Made by a program: the position numbers and the translations under genes
The notes under the pieces: model-generated
What the model was told of the DNA's origin: nothing
The model's database searches: none
The model's input: the letters and a program-made list of their open reading frames with translations, nothing else
In this document: one piece after another, positions 21,098 through 31,396 of the stretch
How the letters are laid out: the number at the start of each line of letters is the position of its first letter
Position numbering within the stretch: the stretch's first letter is position 1
Virus record (IMG/VR): IMGVR_UViG_3300032240_000412
Coordinates: 32,423 to 96,422 of that record
Strand: one strand, 5' to 3'
Source: a virus
Length of the DNA: 64,000 bases

Positions 21098-23056
21098 ATG
21101 GCCGTAGTAATTAATAAAACAAACGGTACCCAGCTAACATCAGTTCCTGATGGTACAGTAAACGGCCCTGGCCTAACCCAGACCAGCTCAAGTTTATTCT
21201 TGTTGGGCAGAAACTATACCAATTATGGTGAGTTAGTAAATGAAAACTTTGTTAGGTTACTAGAAAATTTTGCATCAGATAACCCACCTGTTGTTCCCAC
21301 AGCATTACTGACAGGTCAACTTTGGTACGATACTGCTAACTCACAACTAAAACTGTATGGAGGCAATGGGTGGAAAACTATTGGTACAGTACAGACTGGT
21401 GGCACACAGCCAACATTGCCAGTTCCACAAGATGGAGACATGTGGTATGATACTGTAAATGCACAGTTAAAGATCTACGGTCTATTAGCACAAACATCTT
21501 CTGGAGTCAAAGGATGGAAAACAGTTGGGCCAGCTTATACATACAGTCAGAGTCAAACTGGGTCTTTTGCAGAAAACATTCAAGATACCAATGGTACAGA
21601 TAGAACCTGTATTGTTTTCAGAGTTAATAATACTCCAATCAGCGTTTTTAGTAAACAAGCATTTACAATATACAATGCAGTTAGACCTCAATATCCGGGT
21701 ATTGGTCCTGGTATTGTTCCGGGACTTAATTTTGTACATAACAACACTATTCCAGGATTTACACTAGCGGCTGACGGACTTGATGCAGTTTCAATTGGCG
21801 GAGTAAGTCTAAACAATTTATTACGCAAAGACCAAAGCGGTACAGTCAACGGCAGTTTGACACTTAATAACAATAACGGATTGATTATTGGAACTGTTGG
21901 TAATGTACAGTTGTCAACTGATGTTCCGGGCGCATTTAATATAAGTAATTCTAACCCCGGTACTTCAATAAATTTGAAAACAACAGGTACAACAGGGTCC
22001 ACGATTACGTTACTTGAAGCTTCCGGTCTTACAACCACAGTCAATATCAACGGAAGTTTAAATGTAGCAGGCAATATCAGTGGCGGCGGCGCAGGTGGTG
22101 CTGGACTAGCAGTCGAGTCAGTTAATACTAGTATGGTCAAAGCATTAAATGGACAAACAACAATCATTGATGCAACCGACAATAACGATGTAATGTTATA
22201 CGGTACCTTTGTTGGTAATGTAGTTGGAAACTTGACTAGTGCATTGGCAACTATCAGTGGCAATGTTGAAATTGGCGGATTGACCACAATAGCTGGCATG
22301 TTATATGCCACGGGCGGTGCTGAAATCAACGGTGGCGTGTTTAATAGCGGTAGATTCGAAGACCCAATCATGCACCACGCTAACATAAATGCGTCAACGT
22401 TAAACAGTCCAACACTAACAGGGACACCAGTTGCACCGACTCAGGATGTGGGAAATAACAGTACAGCAATAGCAACAACGGCATTTGTAAAGACATTTGC
22501 ACAAAACTTATTACCAACTGGTGCTATTATTATGTGGTCTGGTAGCGTAAGCAGTATTCCAGGCGGTTGGTTGCTGTGTGACGGCTCTCAAGGAACCCCA
22601 AATTTGGTTGATAGATTTGTAATTGGTGCTGGTGGTCTTGGTAAAACTCAACCAGCCTCTACCGGTGGATCAAAAGGCATTTCTACAAATACTGGTGCCG
22701 CCGGTGCACACTCGCATAATATCACATTAAACCCACATGCTTTAACTGTTGACGAATTACCACCACATACTCATAATGTGGACCAGCTGTTTGGACAGCT
22801 TGATGACGTGGGCGGCGGCGCGGCAATTGATCGTAACGGAGCCAGTTTCCAGTATTATAACAGCTATGGAAACGACGGTGATAACGATACTGGTGGTCAA
22901 TTGTATTTTTATACCCGTACTTTGTCCCAAGGTGCTGGACAAGCACACTCGCACACTGGACAAGCAAGCTATGCGCCAGATCACAGTCATGCACTAAACA
23001 TAACAGATTCTAGGCCACCGTTTTATGCTTTGTGCTTTATTATGAAGTCAAATTAA
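21098..23056 (+). CDS. Tail fibre protein with tail-collar domain and His-rich tip
   Basis: N-terminus GRNYTNYGELVNENFVRLLENF and GQLWYDT repeats; TPTLTGTPVAPT...IATTAFV; collar motif PTGAIIMWSG..IPGGWLLCDG..TPNLVDRFVIG; HxH motifs; ends PPFYALCFIMK. Confidence 0.85.
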   Translation: MAVVINKTNGTQLTSVPDGTVNGPGLTQTSSSLFLLGRNYTNYGELVNENFVRLLENFASDNPPVVPTALLTGQLWYDTANSQLKLYGGNGWKTIGTVQTGGTQPTLPVPQDGDMWYDTVNAQLKIYGLLAQTSSGVKGWKTVGPAYTYSQSQTGSFAENIQDTNGTDRTCIVFRVNNTPISVFSKQAFTIYNAVRPQYPGIGPGIVPGLNFVHNNTIPGFTLAADGLDAVSIGGVSLNNLLRKDQSGTVNGSLTLNNNNGLIIGTVGNVQLSTDVPGAFNISNSNPGTSINLKTTGTTGSTITLLEASGLTTTVNINGSLNVAGNISGGGAGGAGLAVESVNTSMVKALNGQTTIIDATDNNDVMLYGTFVGNVVGNLTSALATISGNVEIGGLTTIAGMLYATGGAEINGGVFNSGRFEDPIMHHANINASTLNSPTLTGTPVAPTQDVGNNSTAIATTAFVKTFAQNLLPTGAIIMWSGSVSSIPGGWLLCDGSQGTPNLVDRFVIGAGGLGKTQPASTGGSKGISTNTGAAGAHSHNITLNPHALTVDELPPHTHNVDQLFGQLDDVGGGAAIDRNGASFQYYNSYGNDGDNDTGGQLYFYTRTLSQGAGQAHSHTGQASYAPDHSHALNITDSRPPFYALCFIMKSN

Positions 23057-23091
23057 AGGTGTATAAGGATATAACTAGTTTTAAACTATGA

Positions 23092-23097
23092 TAAATA
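23092..23097 (+). promoter_or_regulatory. T4-like late promoter box TAAATA
   Basis: GATAAATA upstream of a GGAG RBS and the ATG at 23119. Confidence 0.6.
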
Positions 23098-23118
23098 AAA
23101 CATAATGGAGTCAAGAGA

Positions 23119-24639
23119 ATGGCATATAATTTAGTCACAACAGCCGGAACAGCACTAGCTACTATTGCTGACGGTACCACAAATACAACCAGCACAAGTA
23201 TCACCTTAATTGGTAAAAACTTTGCGGGCTACGGTGCATTTTTAAACGAAAACTTCGTTAAATTGCTAGAGAATTTTTCTAACAGTTCTGCACCAGCCAA
23301 TCCAATCGAGGGTCAACTTTGGTGGAACAATGCTACTAAAATTTTACAAGTACGCTCTGGTTCAGGAACTGGCGGTATTTGGAAAACAGTTTCAAGTAGC
23401 TCAACTGGTCCAACAACAAATCCTCCAGCAAATCCGGTTGTAGGCGATTTGTGGTGGGATACTACCCTAAGTCAATTGAAAGTTTACCCAGGCGGCGTTG
23501 GCTCCACATGGGTTACAGTAGGCCCAGCATTTAGCGTTGCAACAGGACAGTCCGGTGCATTGGCTGAAACTATTACAGATAGCCAGTCTAGTCCAGTAGA
23601 TCATACTGTGATTAAGTTTTATATTGCTAACACCCTAGTAGGTATCTTTAGCAAGGACTTGACATTTACTCCAAACCCTTCAATTCCAGGCTTCAGCACA
23701 ATTAAGCCAGGTTTGAACTTGTCATCAGCAAACAGCCCAAGTTTAAATTACTGGGGCGATGCCAATAACGCATTGAACTTAGGCGGTATTTCTGCATCCA
23801 ACTACCTACGTGCAGATACCAGCGGCACATTAAACGGTACACTAACAATTAGTCAAAACACAGCATTGGTTGCTGGTGCATCTGGCCAGATCACACTAGG
23901 TGTTGCGGCAGGCGCAGTACAATTTGTTAACACAGCAACTGGTACAAACACCGAAATGTATACTACAGTAAGCGGTGTCAAAACCAAAGTATTGACATTA
24001 TCTGGTGCAGATGGTTCAGTGAGCGTTGCGGCCGATCCAACAACCAACTTGGGCGTTGCTACAAAAGCCTATGTTGATAACCAATTGAGTGGTTCTATTA
24101 CTTCTGTTGTTTTACGTCGTGATGGCACCAACAGCGTAACCGGTGACATGTTGCCAGACACAAACAACACACGTTCGTTCGGTTCTGTGAGCTTGAAATA
24201 TAAATCAGTATACGCAACAACATTCTACGGAACAGCCGTTACAGCACAATACGCTGACTTGGCAGAACGATTTGAAGCCGACTCAGTTTACCAACCTGGT
24301 ACAGTGGTTGAATTGGGTGGCGTAAAAGAAATTACACAAGCCGCAGATGATTTGTCTGAGAATGTATATGGCGTCATAAGTACTAATGCGGCCTTCTTAA
24401 TGAACGGCGGCGCAGGCAACGATAAGACACACCCACCAGTAGCAGTCCAAGGTCGTGTACCAGTTCGAGTAATTGGTAAAATTAAAAAGGGCGATCGTTT
24501 GGTAAGTGCCGGTAACGGCATGGCACGTGCGGCGGCCAAGTCAGAAATTACTCCATGGAACGTGATTGGACGAGCTTTAGCAAGTAAAAATGATTCTGGC
24601 ATTGGCGAAGTTGAAGCTATCGTTAAGCTAAATTCTTAA
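23119..24639 (+). CDS. Tail fibre/spike protein with a C-terminal intramolecular chaperone (autocleavage) domain
   Basis: N-terminus paralogous to 21098 (GKNFAGYG..LNENFVKLLENF); ATKAYVD; C-terminal YADLAERF...PGTVV...VAVQGRVPVRVIG..KKGDRLVS...IGRAL is characteristic of peptidase G2/S74-like chaperones. Confidence 0.8.
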   Translation: MAYNLVTTAGTALATIADGTTNTTSTSITLIGKNFAGYGAFLNENFVKLLENFSNSSAPANPIEGQLWWNNATKILQVRSGSGTGGIWKTVSSSSTGPTTNPPANPVVGDLWWDTTLSQLKVYPGGVGSTWVTVGPAFSVATGQSGALAETITDSQSSPVDHTVIKFYIANTLVGIFSKDLTFTPNPSIPGFSTIKPGLNLSSANSPSLNYWGDANNALNLGGISASNYLRADTSGTLNGTLTISQNTALVAGASGQITLGVAAGAVQFVNTATGTNTEMYTTVSGVKTKVLTLSGADGSVSVAADPTTNLGVATKAYVDNQLSGSITSVVLRRDGTNSVTGDMLPDTNNTRSFGSVSLKYKSVYATTFYGTAVTAQYADLAERFEADSVYQPGTVVELGGVKEITQAADDLSENVYGVISTNAAFLMNGGAGNDKTHPPVAVQGRVPVRVIGKIKKGDRLVSAGNGMARAAAKSEITPWNVIGRALASKNDSGIGEVEAIVKLNS

Positions 24640-24656
24640 TATTGGATTAACAAAAT

Positions 24657-25649
24657 ATGACATACGCACAAAGCTCAGTAATTGTAGGAACAGACTATAA
24701 CACTTTTGTACAAGGTGGTGATACAGTTAATCACAACGTTGCAAACATTAACAGTGTTTGGGGTGTTGGCAACGGTAACAAAGGTTATGGTCAAAGTACT
24801 ACACTAGCATCAGTTGCTAGCACAAATACTATTACTGCTACACAGTGGTCAAATTTGATCGCTCGTTTAAACAGTATTTTAACACACCAAGCCGGTTCTG
24901 GATCAGGCATTAGTGCTCCTACTTCTGGTACAACTATTGCATATCTAAGTGCGTTGTCTGGCAGTATCACGACCGGTTACAACAATCGTTTAACAGCGGC
25001 AACAAACGGTACAGATATTACAAACACCACACTAACAACAGCATGGAATACAGCTACTCCAACTACATTTACAGTTACTCGTACTGCGACATTTGCATCA
25101 GCTGATGCCGCACGTTATTTCTTTAATGCTGGTGGCAAATTAATCATCAACTTGAGCGGAACAGATAACCTAAGCAACAGCAAGGGCACTGACTGGGTCA
25201 GCTTGTTGGGTACAAAGTTTGCTAGCTTGACATTTGGTGCAACCACAAACGGACGCAACGGTAGCGGTGGTACAGTAAGTTCAAGTAATACATCATTGGG
25301 CTACTGGAATTTAACCACAAGCGATCAAGCTATTTTAACTCTGACATCTGCGTCAGGAACCGCTGACTACAGTAGCAACAACATTGTAGTCAACGTTAAA
25401 TCAAACGGTGTTCAAGGTTCTAACGGTGACGTTGGTAGCGTTATCACTTTCACTATCACCTTAAACGATCCAGCCGCTGATACTAACACAGCACCTCCTG
25501 GGATTCCAGCTTACACACCAGCTGGTACAGCACCATCACAAGGTAACTTTAACGATGCAATTAACTTAACTGTTAGCTCTTCGATCACAGTTCGCCCACC
25601 TGAATCAACCAACATAACAAACACCTGGGGTACAGTTACTCAAGGTTAA
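24657..25649 (+). CDS. Ser/Thr/Gly/Asn-rich virion structural protein (short fibre/whisker-like)
   Basis: 330 aa, beta-rich composition, GYGQ and ARYFFNAGG motifs; last gene of the tail module. Confidence 0.55.
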   Translation: MTYAQSSVIVGTDYNTFVQGGDTVNHNVANINSVWGVGNGNKGYGQSTTLASVASTNTITATQWSNLIARLNSILTHQAGSGSGISAPTSGTTIAYLSALSGSITTGYNNRLTAATNGTDITNTTLTTAWNTATPTTFTVTRTATFASADAARYFFNAGGKLIINLSGTDNLSNSKGTDWVSLLGTKFASLTFGATTNGRNGSGGTVSSSNTSLGYWNLTTSDQAILTLTSASGTADYSSNNIVVNVKSNGVQGSNGDVGSVITFTITLNDPAADTNTAPPGIPAYTPAGTAPSQGNFNDAINLTVSSSITVRPPESTNITNTWGTVTQG

Positions 25650-25655
25650 TATTTC

Positions 25656-25684
25656 TTGACATTTGGCAGTAGAGCATATATAAT
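25656..25684 (+). promoter_or_regulatory. Consensus sigma70 promoter driving the modification island
   Basis: TTGACA (25656-25661), 17-nt spacer, TATAAT (25679-25684); the predicted +1 coincides with the ATG at 25691. Confidence 0.8.
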
Positions 25685-25704
25685 GTTTATATGTCTACTG
25701 CCAA
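25663..25704. repeat. 17-bp inverted repeat covering the promoter spacer, the -10 box and the start codon
   Basis: TTGGCAGTAGA-g-CATATA / loop TAATGTT / TATATG-TCTACTGCCAA. Confidence 0.85.
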
Positions 25705-26005
25705 TCAACTTGTCGAGCAAATAAAACTCTCAACCGATTTCCAACTAAACAAAAAACGGTTAAAGGAAAAGATCCTAACCGATTTGCACATTCCGTACAA
25801 TAACGGATTGTTCTTGGTTGATCGATCACTTATAGCCTTCCTTAATTCTTGGGAAGATGAAATAATTTATATTGAAGATGTATATCAAAATCCTGTTCAG
25901 GTTAATAGGATTGAATTGTTGACATTGGCCAAACAGCATTATCAACTAGTTATGAATCAATGGCATCAAGAATATGACCAACTTCGTCGAGTTAGAAAAA
26001 TCTAA
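25691..26005 (+). CDS. Hypothetical protein (possibly a tail-fibre assembly chaperone-like protein)
   Basis: 104-aa ORF; first gene of a tightly overlapping operon. Confidence 0.6.
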   Translation: MSTANQLVEQIKLSTDFQLNKKRLKEKILTDLHIPYNNGLFLVDRSLIAFLNSWEDEIIYIEDVYQNPVQVNRIELLTLAKQHYQLVMNQWHQEYDQLRRVRKI

Positions 26006-26798
26006 AGGTGTATTGTATTTTGTATTTGATACTAAAGAATTTAAGTATTCTGAGATTGCCAAAACAAATGTACAATTAATTAACCATTTTTTAAAACTGC
26101 CTGTTACTGTGGTAACGGACAGCGAAACACCAATTGATTTTGCAGTCGATCGAGTGATACGACTAGATACAAGCAACGAAGTCATAAACACCAGATACTC
26201 CAGTACACACAGGACAAGAACACAGTGGCGCAATGGATTTAGACATCAAAGCTATCAGCTGAGTCCTTATACTGAAACATACGTAATTGATGTTGACTAC
26301 GTGGTGCTCAATGACAACTTGCTAAAACTTCCTGTACAGGACTATTGCCTTTACAAGAGTAATGTTTACTTAAACAATAGTGATGCTCATGAAACAATGG
26401 GTATATACAGTTTACCATTTCTTTGGGCCACTGTGTTATTTTTTAAAAAATGTCCTAGAACAGAGTTGATGTTTGGGTTAGTAGAACGCATACAGAGTAA
26501 CTATAATTATTATCGTGCCCTGTACAACATACCAGACCCAGCATTTAGAAATGACTATGCATTTGCCATAGCCGATAACATAGTTGAAGGCTACGCCGAT
26601 AGCGTAAAGCATATACCTTGGTCGTTGACCACAGTAGATAACACCGTCAGTTCTATAGAAGTTAAAGGCAGTAAAGTTTATGTCAAGCAACACAACACAG
26701 CCCATGTGTTGCCAATGATGGATCTACATATATTAGACAAAGTGTATTTGCAGTCAACTCAGCACAAAGATTTTGTAACATCTATTTTAAATGCGTAA
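25974..26798 (+). CDS. Putative GT-A fold glycosyltransferase (GT8-like)
   Basis: SPYTETYVIDVDY (DxD motif after a hydrophobic strand), WATVLFFKK, FRNDYAFAIA. Confidence 0.6.
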   Translation: MTNFVELEKSKGVLYFVFDTKEFKYSEIAKTNVQLINHFLKLPVTVVTDSETPIDFAVDRVIRLDTSNEVINTRYSSTHRTRTQWRNGFRHQSYQLSPYTETYVIDVDYVVLNDNLLKLPVQDYCLYKSNVYLNNSDAHETMGIYSLPFLWATVLFFKKCPRTELMFGLVERIQSNYNYYRALYNIPDPAFRNDYAFAIADNIVEGYADSVKHIPWSLTTVDNTVSSIEVKGSKVYVKQHNTAHVLPMMDLHILDKVYLQSTQHKDFVTSILNA

Positions 26799-27654
26799 AC
26801 ATCCACATCAAGCACAGCAAGGCTTTTTTACTTTTGCTCAGAACAATACTACAACAGATTATCTAGCAATGGCCTACGTGCAAGCAATGAGCGTTAAGTT
26901 AGCCATGCCCGGATCGTTGTATGCAGTAGCGGTAGATAAAGATACATTGTCGTTGATAACAGATCAACACCGACAAGTATTTGATTATGTAATTGAAATT
27001 GATGAAGACTATGCCAAGGATGACGAATGGAAGCTGGCCAACGAGTGGCAGGCTTTTTGGCTGACTCCTTTTAAAGAAACCATCAAACTAGAAGCAGATT
27101 TACTAATACCTGCAGATATATCACATTGGTGGAATGGTTTTAGACTGCGTGATGTAGTATTAAGCACAAACTGCCAAACATATATGGGCACTACTGTTAC
27201 AAGTGACACGCTACATAGAAAAATTTTCATTGACAACAACTTGCCCAATGTCTATAACGGACTAATGTATTTTAGATATAGTCAAATATCCAATTACTTT
27301 TTTAGTGTGGCGAGAGACATATATCAAGATTGGGACAGCGTTAGAAATACGTTAAAGAATTTACACAATATCAAACCGTCTACAGATCTAGTATATGCCA
27401 TCACTGCCATGTTTGTAGGACCAGAGTTTGTTACTCTACCCACCTTGAACTTTATTAACTTTGTTCACATGAAGCCGTCATTGCAAGGATGGAAGCAAGA
27501 TGACGATTGGACTGACTCGGTCATGACAGAATTTGATTTACCAATAATACGAATCAACAACAGGAATCAATATCATCCAATACACTACCATCAGAAAAAT
27601 TTTATAAAAAAGGAGGTTGTAGATGAATACCAACGAAGACTTGGCATTAGCTGA
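26791..27654 (+). CDS. Putative GT-A fold glycosyltransferase (GT8-like), paralog of the upstream gene
   Basis: TPFKETIKLEADLL (ExD), NVYNGLMYF, STDLVYAI, FVHMK. Confidence 0.55.
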   Translation: MRKHPHQAQQGFFTFAQNNTTTDYLAMAYVQAMSVKLAMPGSLYAVAVDKDTLSLITDQHRQVFDYVIEIDEDYAKDDEWKLANEWQAFWLTPFKETIKLEADLLIPADISHWWNGFRLRDVVLSTNCQTYMGTTVTSDTLHRKIFIDNNLPNVYNGLMYFRYSQISNYFFSVARDIYQDWDSVRNTLKNLHNIKPSTDLVYAITAMFVGPEFVTLPTLNFINFVHMKPSLQGWKQDDDWTDSVMTEFDLPIIRINNRNQYHPIHYHQKNFIKKEVVDEYQRRLGIS

Positions 27655-27988
27655 AGCATTTGCCAGCATAGTCCCACAGCCAGAGTACAAAATAGAATAT
27701 AGACTCTACTATGACAACGCAGGCAAGCCCACTTGCATGAGTTCAAATAATCATCCAGAGGGTCAATATGTCATAATAGACAAAGCCACATACGATCGAG
27801 CAATATATAATAATCTCAAAGTGGTAAACGGAACACTAATTACCATTGACACTAGCTCCCAACATCGTGTACAATTACAAAAGGTGGAGTCTGGGCCTTT
27901 TCGCACAGCAAAGAATAACGCTGGCATATTACTAACCAAAGACGAACAAGTAGAACAAACAGATTACTATGACCACAGAAATAATTGA
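27623..27988 (+). CDS. Hypothetical protein
   Basis: 121-aa ORF overlapping both neighbours. Confidence 0.6.
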   Translation: MNTNEDLALAEAFASIVPQPEYKIEYRLYYDNAGKPTCMSSNNHPEGQYVIIDKATYDRAIYNNLKVVNGTLITIDTSSQHRVQLQKVESGPFRTAKNNAGILLTKDEQVEQTDYYDHRNN

Positions 27989-28865
27989 TGTAGCAGACTT
28001 AGACTGCATATACTTAACATATGATGAACCTAAGAAAGAAGAGTTTTGGATCAAGATTCAAAACATGGTGCCATGGGCCAAGCGAGTTGATGGAGTCAAG
28101 GGCAGTGATGCCGCACACAAAGCCGCGGCTGATGCTAGTGATACTGATAGATTTGTTCTTATTGATGGCGATAACATTCCTGATGCTGAATTTTTTAATC
28201 TACAACTATCCCTGGATGATCACAATCGTGATTGTGTATTTCGTTGGCGAGCACGTAATGTGGTTAATGGACTAATGTATGGCAACGGAGGTATGAGTTG
28301 TTGGACCAAGGACTTTGTACACGATATGAAAACTCATGAATCCAGCGACGGATCATCTGCCAATGATGTGGAGTTTTGTTTCTACCCCAACTACTGGGCA
28401 ATGAATGACTGCTACAGCACTACATATCCCAATGGTAGCCCACTACATGCTTGGCGTGCCGGCTTCCGCGAAGGAGTTAAGATGTGTTTGGACAGAGGAG
28501 TTAAGCCCACTGTTGCAGAGTTTGAAAGTCGTGTTAACAATCGTAATTACGATAATCTATGTATTTGGCAAACTGTTGGAGCCGATTCTGATAATGGGTT
28601 TTGGTCAATTTATGGAGCACGTCTCGGCACATACCTTACCATGATCGAAGGGTGGGATTATAAAAAAGTACAAGACTTTGACGAGTTAAAAGCATTGTGG
28701 ACACAATATGAAAATCATGATGCTGACCACTGCACAGAAATTGGACAAGTATTACGTACAAGACTAGGTTTGCCGATTGTGGATATGGATCCAGACGAAA
28801 GCCGGTTTTTCAAACATCATTATCGTAGCAACTTTAAAAATAAAGGACCAATGATTTGTGAGTAA
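27969..28865 (+). CDS. Putative GT-A fold glycosyltransferase
   Basis: AHKAAADASDTDRFVLIDGDN resembles the GT2 'N..A......D.D' pattern; also NGLMYGNGG and AWRAGFREGVK. Confidence 0.6.
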   Translation: MTTEIIDVADLDCIYLTYDEPKKEEFWIKIQNMVPWAKRVDGVKGSDAAHKAAADASDTDRFVLIDGDNIPDAEFFNLQLSLDDHNRDCVFRWRARNVVNGLMYGNGGMSCWTKDFVHDMKTHESSDGSSANDVEFCFYPNYWAMNDCYSTTYPNGSPLHAWRAGFREGVKMCLDRGVKPTVAEFESRVNNRNYDNLCIWQTVGADSDNGFWSIYGARLGTYLTMIEGWDYKKVQDFDELKALWTQYENHDADHCTEIGQVLRTRLGLPIVDMDPDESRFFKHHYRSNFKNKGPMICE

Positions 28866-30243
28866 ATCAGATTTCATGACCGATGCTGAAAACATGCGAG
28901 ACCTATTGGGTCCTGCTCTTTGTTTGGCCAAATGGAAACAACTAAGCCTGCATTTACCAACTGGTTTAAACAATAGCTGTTACCACCCGCCGTTGCACTC
29001 AATAGACCCAGACGAAGTAAAAATCAATCCTGGCGCACTACATAATACAGCACATAAAAAAGAACAGCGTAAGATTATGTTACGCAACGAAAAACCCAGC
29101 GAATGCAGTTATTGTTGGAACATGGAAGCCAATGGTCAATTAAGTGATCGACACTATCGCAGTGGTGAGCCTTGGGCCTCTGAAGACTATGAAAAAATTA
29201 AAAATTCAACAGGAGATGAAAATGAAGTTGTTCCGTCCTACGTCGAGGTTAACTTTAACCATGCGTGTAATCTCAAATGTAGTTATTGCAGTCCTCAGTT
29301 TAGTAGCACTTGGGGTCAAGAAGTTGACAAGTTTGGCGGATTCCCAACAACGCCTATTCACAACGATCCTAGCCATTTTACTGGTCGCAATCGTCCTATA
29401 CCACATTCCCACGATAATCCTTATGTTGATGCATTCTGGCAATGGTGGCCAAGTCTTTATCCGCATCTAAAACATTTCCGCATGACCGGTGGTGAGCCAC
29501 TAATGGATCGGAATACATATAAAGTGTTTGACTATGTACTAGCGTTACCTAAGCCAGACCTGCACTTGAATGTGACCAGCAACTTCAGCGTAGAGCCGCA
29601 ATTATGGAACAAGTACTTTGACTATGTAAAAAAATTATGTAATACCAATATTGAGCATTTCATGCAGTATGTTAGTCTTGACACTGGTATTCCCGAACAG
29701 GCCGAGTATGTTCGTAGTGGCATGAACTACCATAGAGTTATGAGTCGTGTCAATCATTACCTAACAGACATTCCTTATAGGAATAGTCTGACGTTTATCA
29801 TTACAATGAATAACCTCAGTGTACTTGGCCTACAAAGATTACTGGATAGAATCTTGGAATTACGTAAAGCACATAGCACTACATACCAAAGAGTTTGGTT
29901 TGATACACCAGTGCTACGTAAACCAGAATGGCAAAGTCTACAGATACTTCCATCGGTATACAGCGAGCATTTAGAACGTATTGCAGACTGGATGGAACTA
30001 AATTTAGAAACACCAGAACGCCCATTCCAGGGATTTAAGGATTACGAAGTACAACGTCTAAGAAGAGACATTGCCTGGATGAAAAAAGGCAGTGAATTGG
30101 ACCCTGAATATGTTAAACTGCAACGTGCTAACTTTTACAGGTTCTTTAACGAGCACGATAAACGACGTGGAACCAACTTTGAAAAGACATTCCCACAGAT
30201 GATTGAATTTTGGAAAGAATGTAGATACTATGCACAGCAATAA
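28858..30243 (+). CDS. Radical SAM protein 1 (N-terminal twitch/SPASM-like Cys cluster)
   Basis: CNLKCSYC and GGEP; N-terminal C...SCYH...CSYCW. Confidence 0.9.
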   Translation: MSKSDFMTDAENMRDLLGPALCLAKWKQLSLHLPTGLNNSCYHPPLHSIDPDEVKINPGALHNTAHKKEQRKIMLRNEKPSECSYCWNMEANGQLSDRHYRSGEPWASEDYEKIKNSTGDENEVVPSYVEVNFNHACNLKCSYCSPQFSSTWGQEVDKFGGFPTTPIHNDPSHFTGRNRPIPHSHDNPYVDAFWQWWPSLYPHLKHFRMTGGEPLMDRNTYKVFDYVLALPKPDLHLNVTSNFSVEPQLWNKYFDYVKKLCNTNIEHFMQYVSLDTGIPEQAEYVRSGMNYHRVMSRVNHYLTDIPYRNSLTFIITMNNLSVLGLQRLLDRILELRKAHSTTYQRVWFDTPVLRKPEWQSLQILPSVYSEHLERIADWMELNLETPERPFQGFKDYEVQRLRRDIAWMKKGSELDPEYVKLQRANFYRFFNEHDKRRGTNFEKTFPQMIEFWKECRYYAQQ

Positions 30244-31390
30244 CTGTCCGTTGTATAGCAAAGGCTTGTATGTTGAAAAAATAAACAGCACAGAATCACG
30301 AGTGAGTATGTGCTGTTATCAATCAATGAGTCCGCAAGTATATACCAACATAGATTTTGATAACAATGACTATCTGATTAAGTTACGCAACGATGCAGAG
30401 TCTGGAGAGAAAATTCCCGAGTGCCAGGGTTGTTGGACAGCAGAAAAGTTTGGTATTAAAAGCTATAGACAAGGACAGATCGAATCTTTTAATTTTCAAA
30501 ACATCCCCGTTGATAAAACTGTAGAATTAATTAGCTTGTTATACAACTGTGAAAATACCTGTAATTTGAAATGTATCACATGCGGTCCACGTTACAGTTC
30601 GGCCTGGAGACAAGAGTACCAAAAATTAAATAAACTTGGTGAGTGGGACATTGTATCATCTAAGCAGACTTCTTTAAAAAATGATATTAGTTGTACATTG
30701 GATTTATCTAAAACAAAACTAATACATTTTCAAGGCGGCGAGCCATTACTAACCAAGGATCACGAAGCGGTATTACAGCAGGCATTAGATCAACACAATC
30801 TAACAGAAACTATTGTTAGCTACAACACCAATGGCACAGTATTCCCTAGTGCTAATACACAACAGCTTTGGAAAAATGCAAAGCTGGTAAAATTATACTT
30901 TAGTATTGATGCCATTAAAGATCAATTTGAATATGTTAGATACCCAGGCAACTGGCAAGCAGTTGAGGAAAATTTACTAAAGATTAAAAACACTATTCCC
31001 AATGTTTGGATTGAAATAGGTGTAACAGTGGGACTTGCTAACATATTCTATTTAAAAGATATTTTAGATTGGAGAGAAGCTAATTTTAATACTACCTTGT
31101 CTGGAGATCCAATCGGAATATACTTTAATCTGGTCAGTGATATAGAACCTGGAACAAGCGGACTAATGAAATTAGAAAATGCCAGTGGTAAAATCAAGGA
31201 TCAAGCATTGGAGTATATTGATTCGTTAAGATCATACAGTAATGTCACAGGCATAAACGAAATGAAGAATGCGCTAATTGATGCAACAGAAAACAACAAG
31301 TGGATTGACTTTTTAAACCAATTGGATAAAATTAGGAACACCAATTGGAATAAATCGTTGAGTAAATTACATAGATGTGTTACAATATAA
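30230..31390 (+). CDS. Radical SAM protein 2
   Basis: CNLKCITC, GGEP, YNTNGT, SIDA; N-terminal C...CC...CQGCW. ATG 30230 is preferred over TTG 30203. Confidence 0.9.
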   Translation: MHSNNCPLYSKGLYVEKINSTESRVSMCCYQSMSPQVYTNIDFDNNDYLIKLRNDAESGEKIPECQGCWTAEKFGIKSYRQGQIESFNFQNIPVDKTVELISLLYNCENTCNLKCITCGPRYSSAWRQEYQKLNKLGEWDIVSSKQTSLKNDISCTLDLSKTKLIHFQGGEPLLTKDHEAVLQQALDQHNLTETIVSYNTNGTVFPSANTQQLWKNAKLVKLYFSIDAIKDQFEYVRYPGNWQAVEENLLKIKNTIPNVWIEIGVTVGLANIFYLKDILDWREANFNTTLSGDPIGIYFNLVSDIEPGTSGLMKLENASGKIKDQALEYIDSLRSYSNVTGINEMKNALIDATENNKWIDFLNQLDKIRNTNWNKSLSKLHRCVTI

Positions 31391-31396
31391 AATATT

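Noticed and set aside
21688-22386. 232-aa antisense ORF, and other shadow ORFs such as 12852-13244, 44181-44669, 50915-51430 and 56271-56831
   Set aside because: They lie opposite or within well-supported genes, have no motifs, and are explained by codon bias of the sense gene.
23087-23104. TATG-ATAAATAAAA-CATA mini-hairpin around a late box, with the same loop as 62664-62673
   Set aside because: The 4-bp AT-rich stem is too weak to support and does not cover the RBS.
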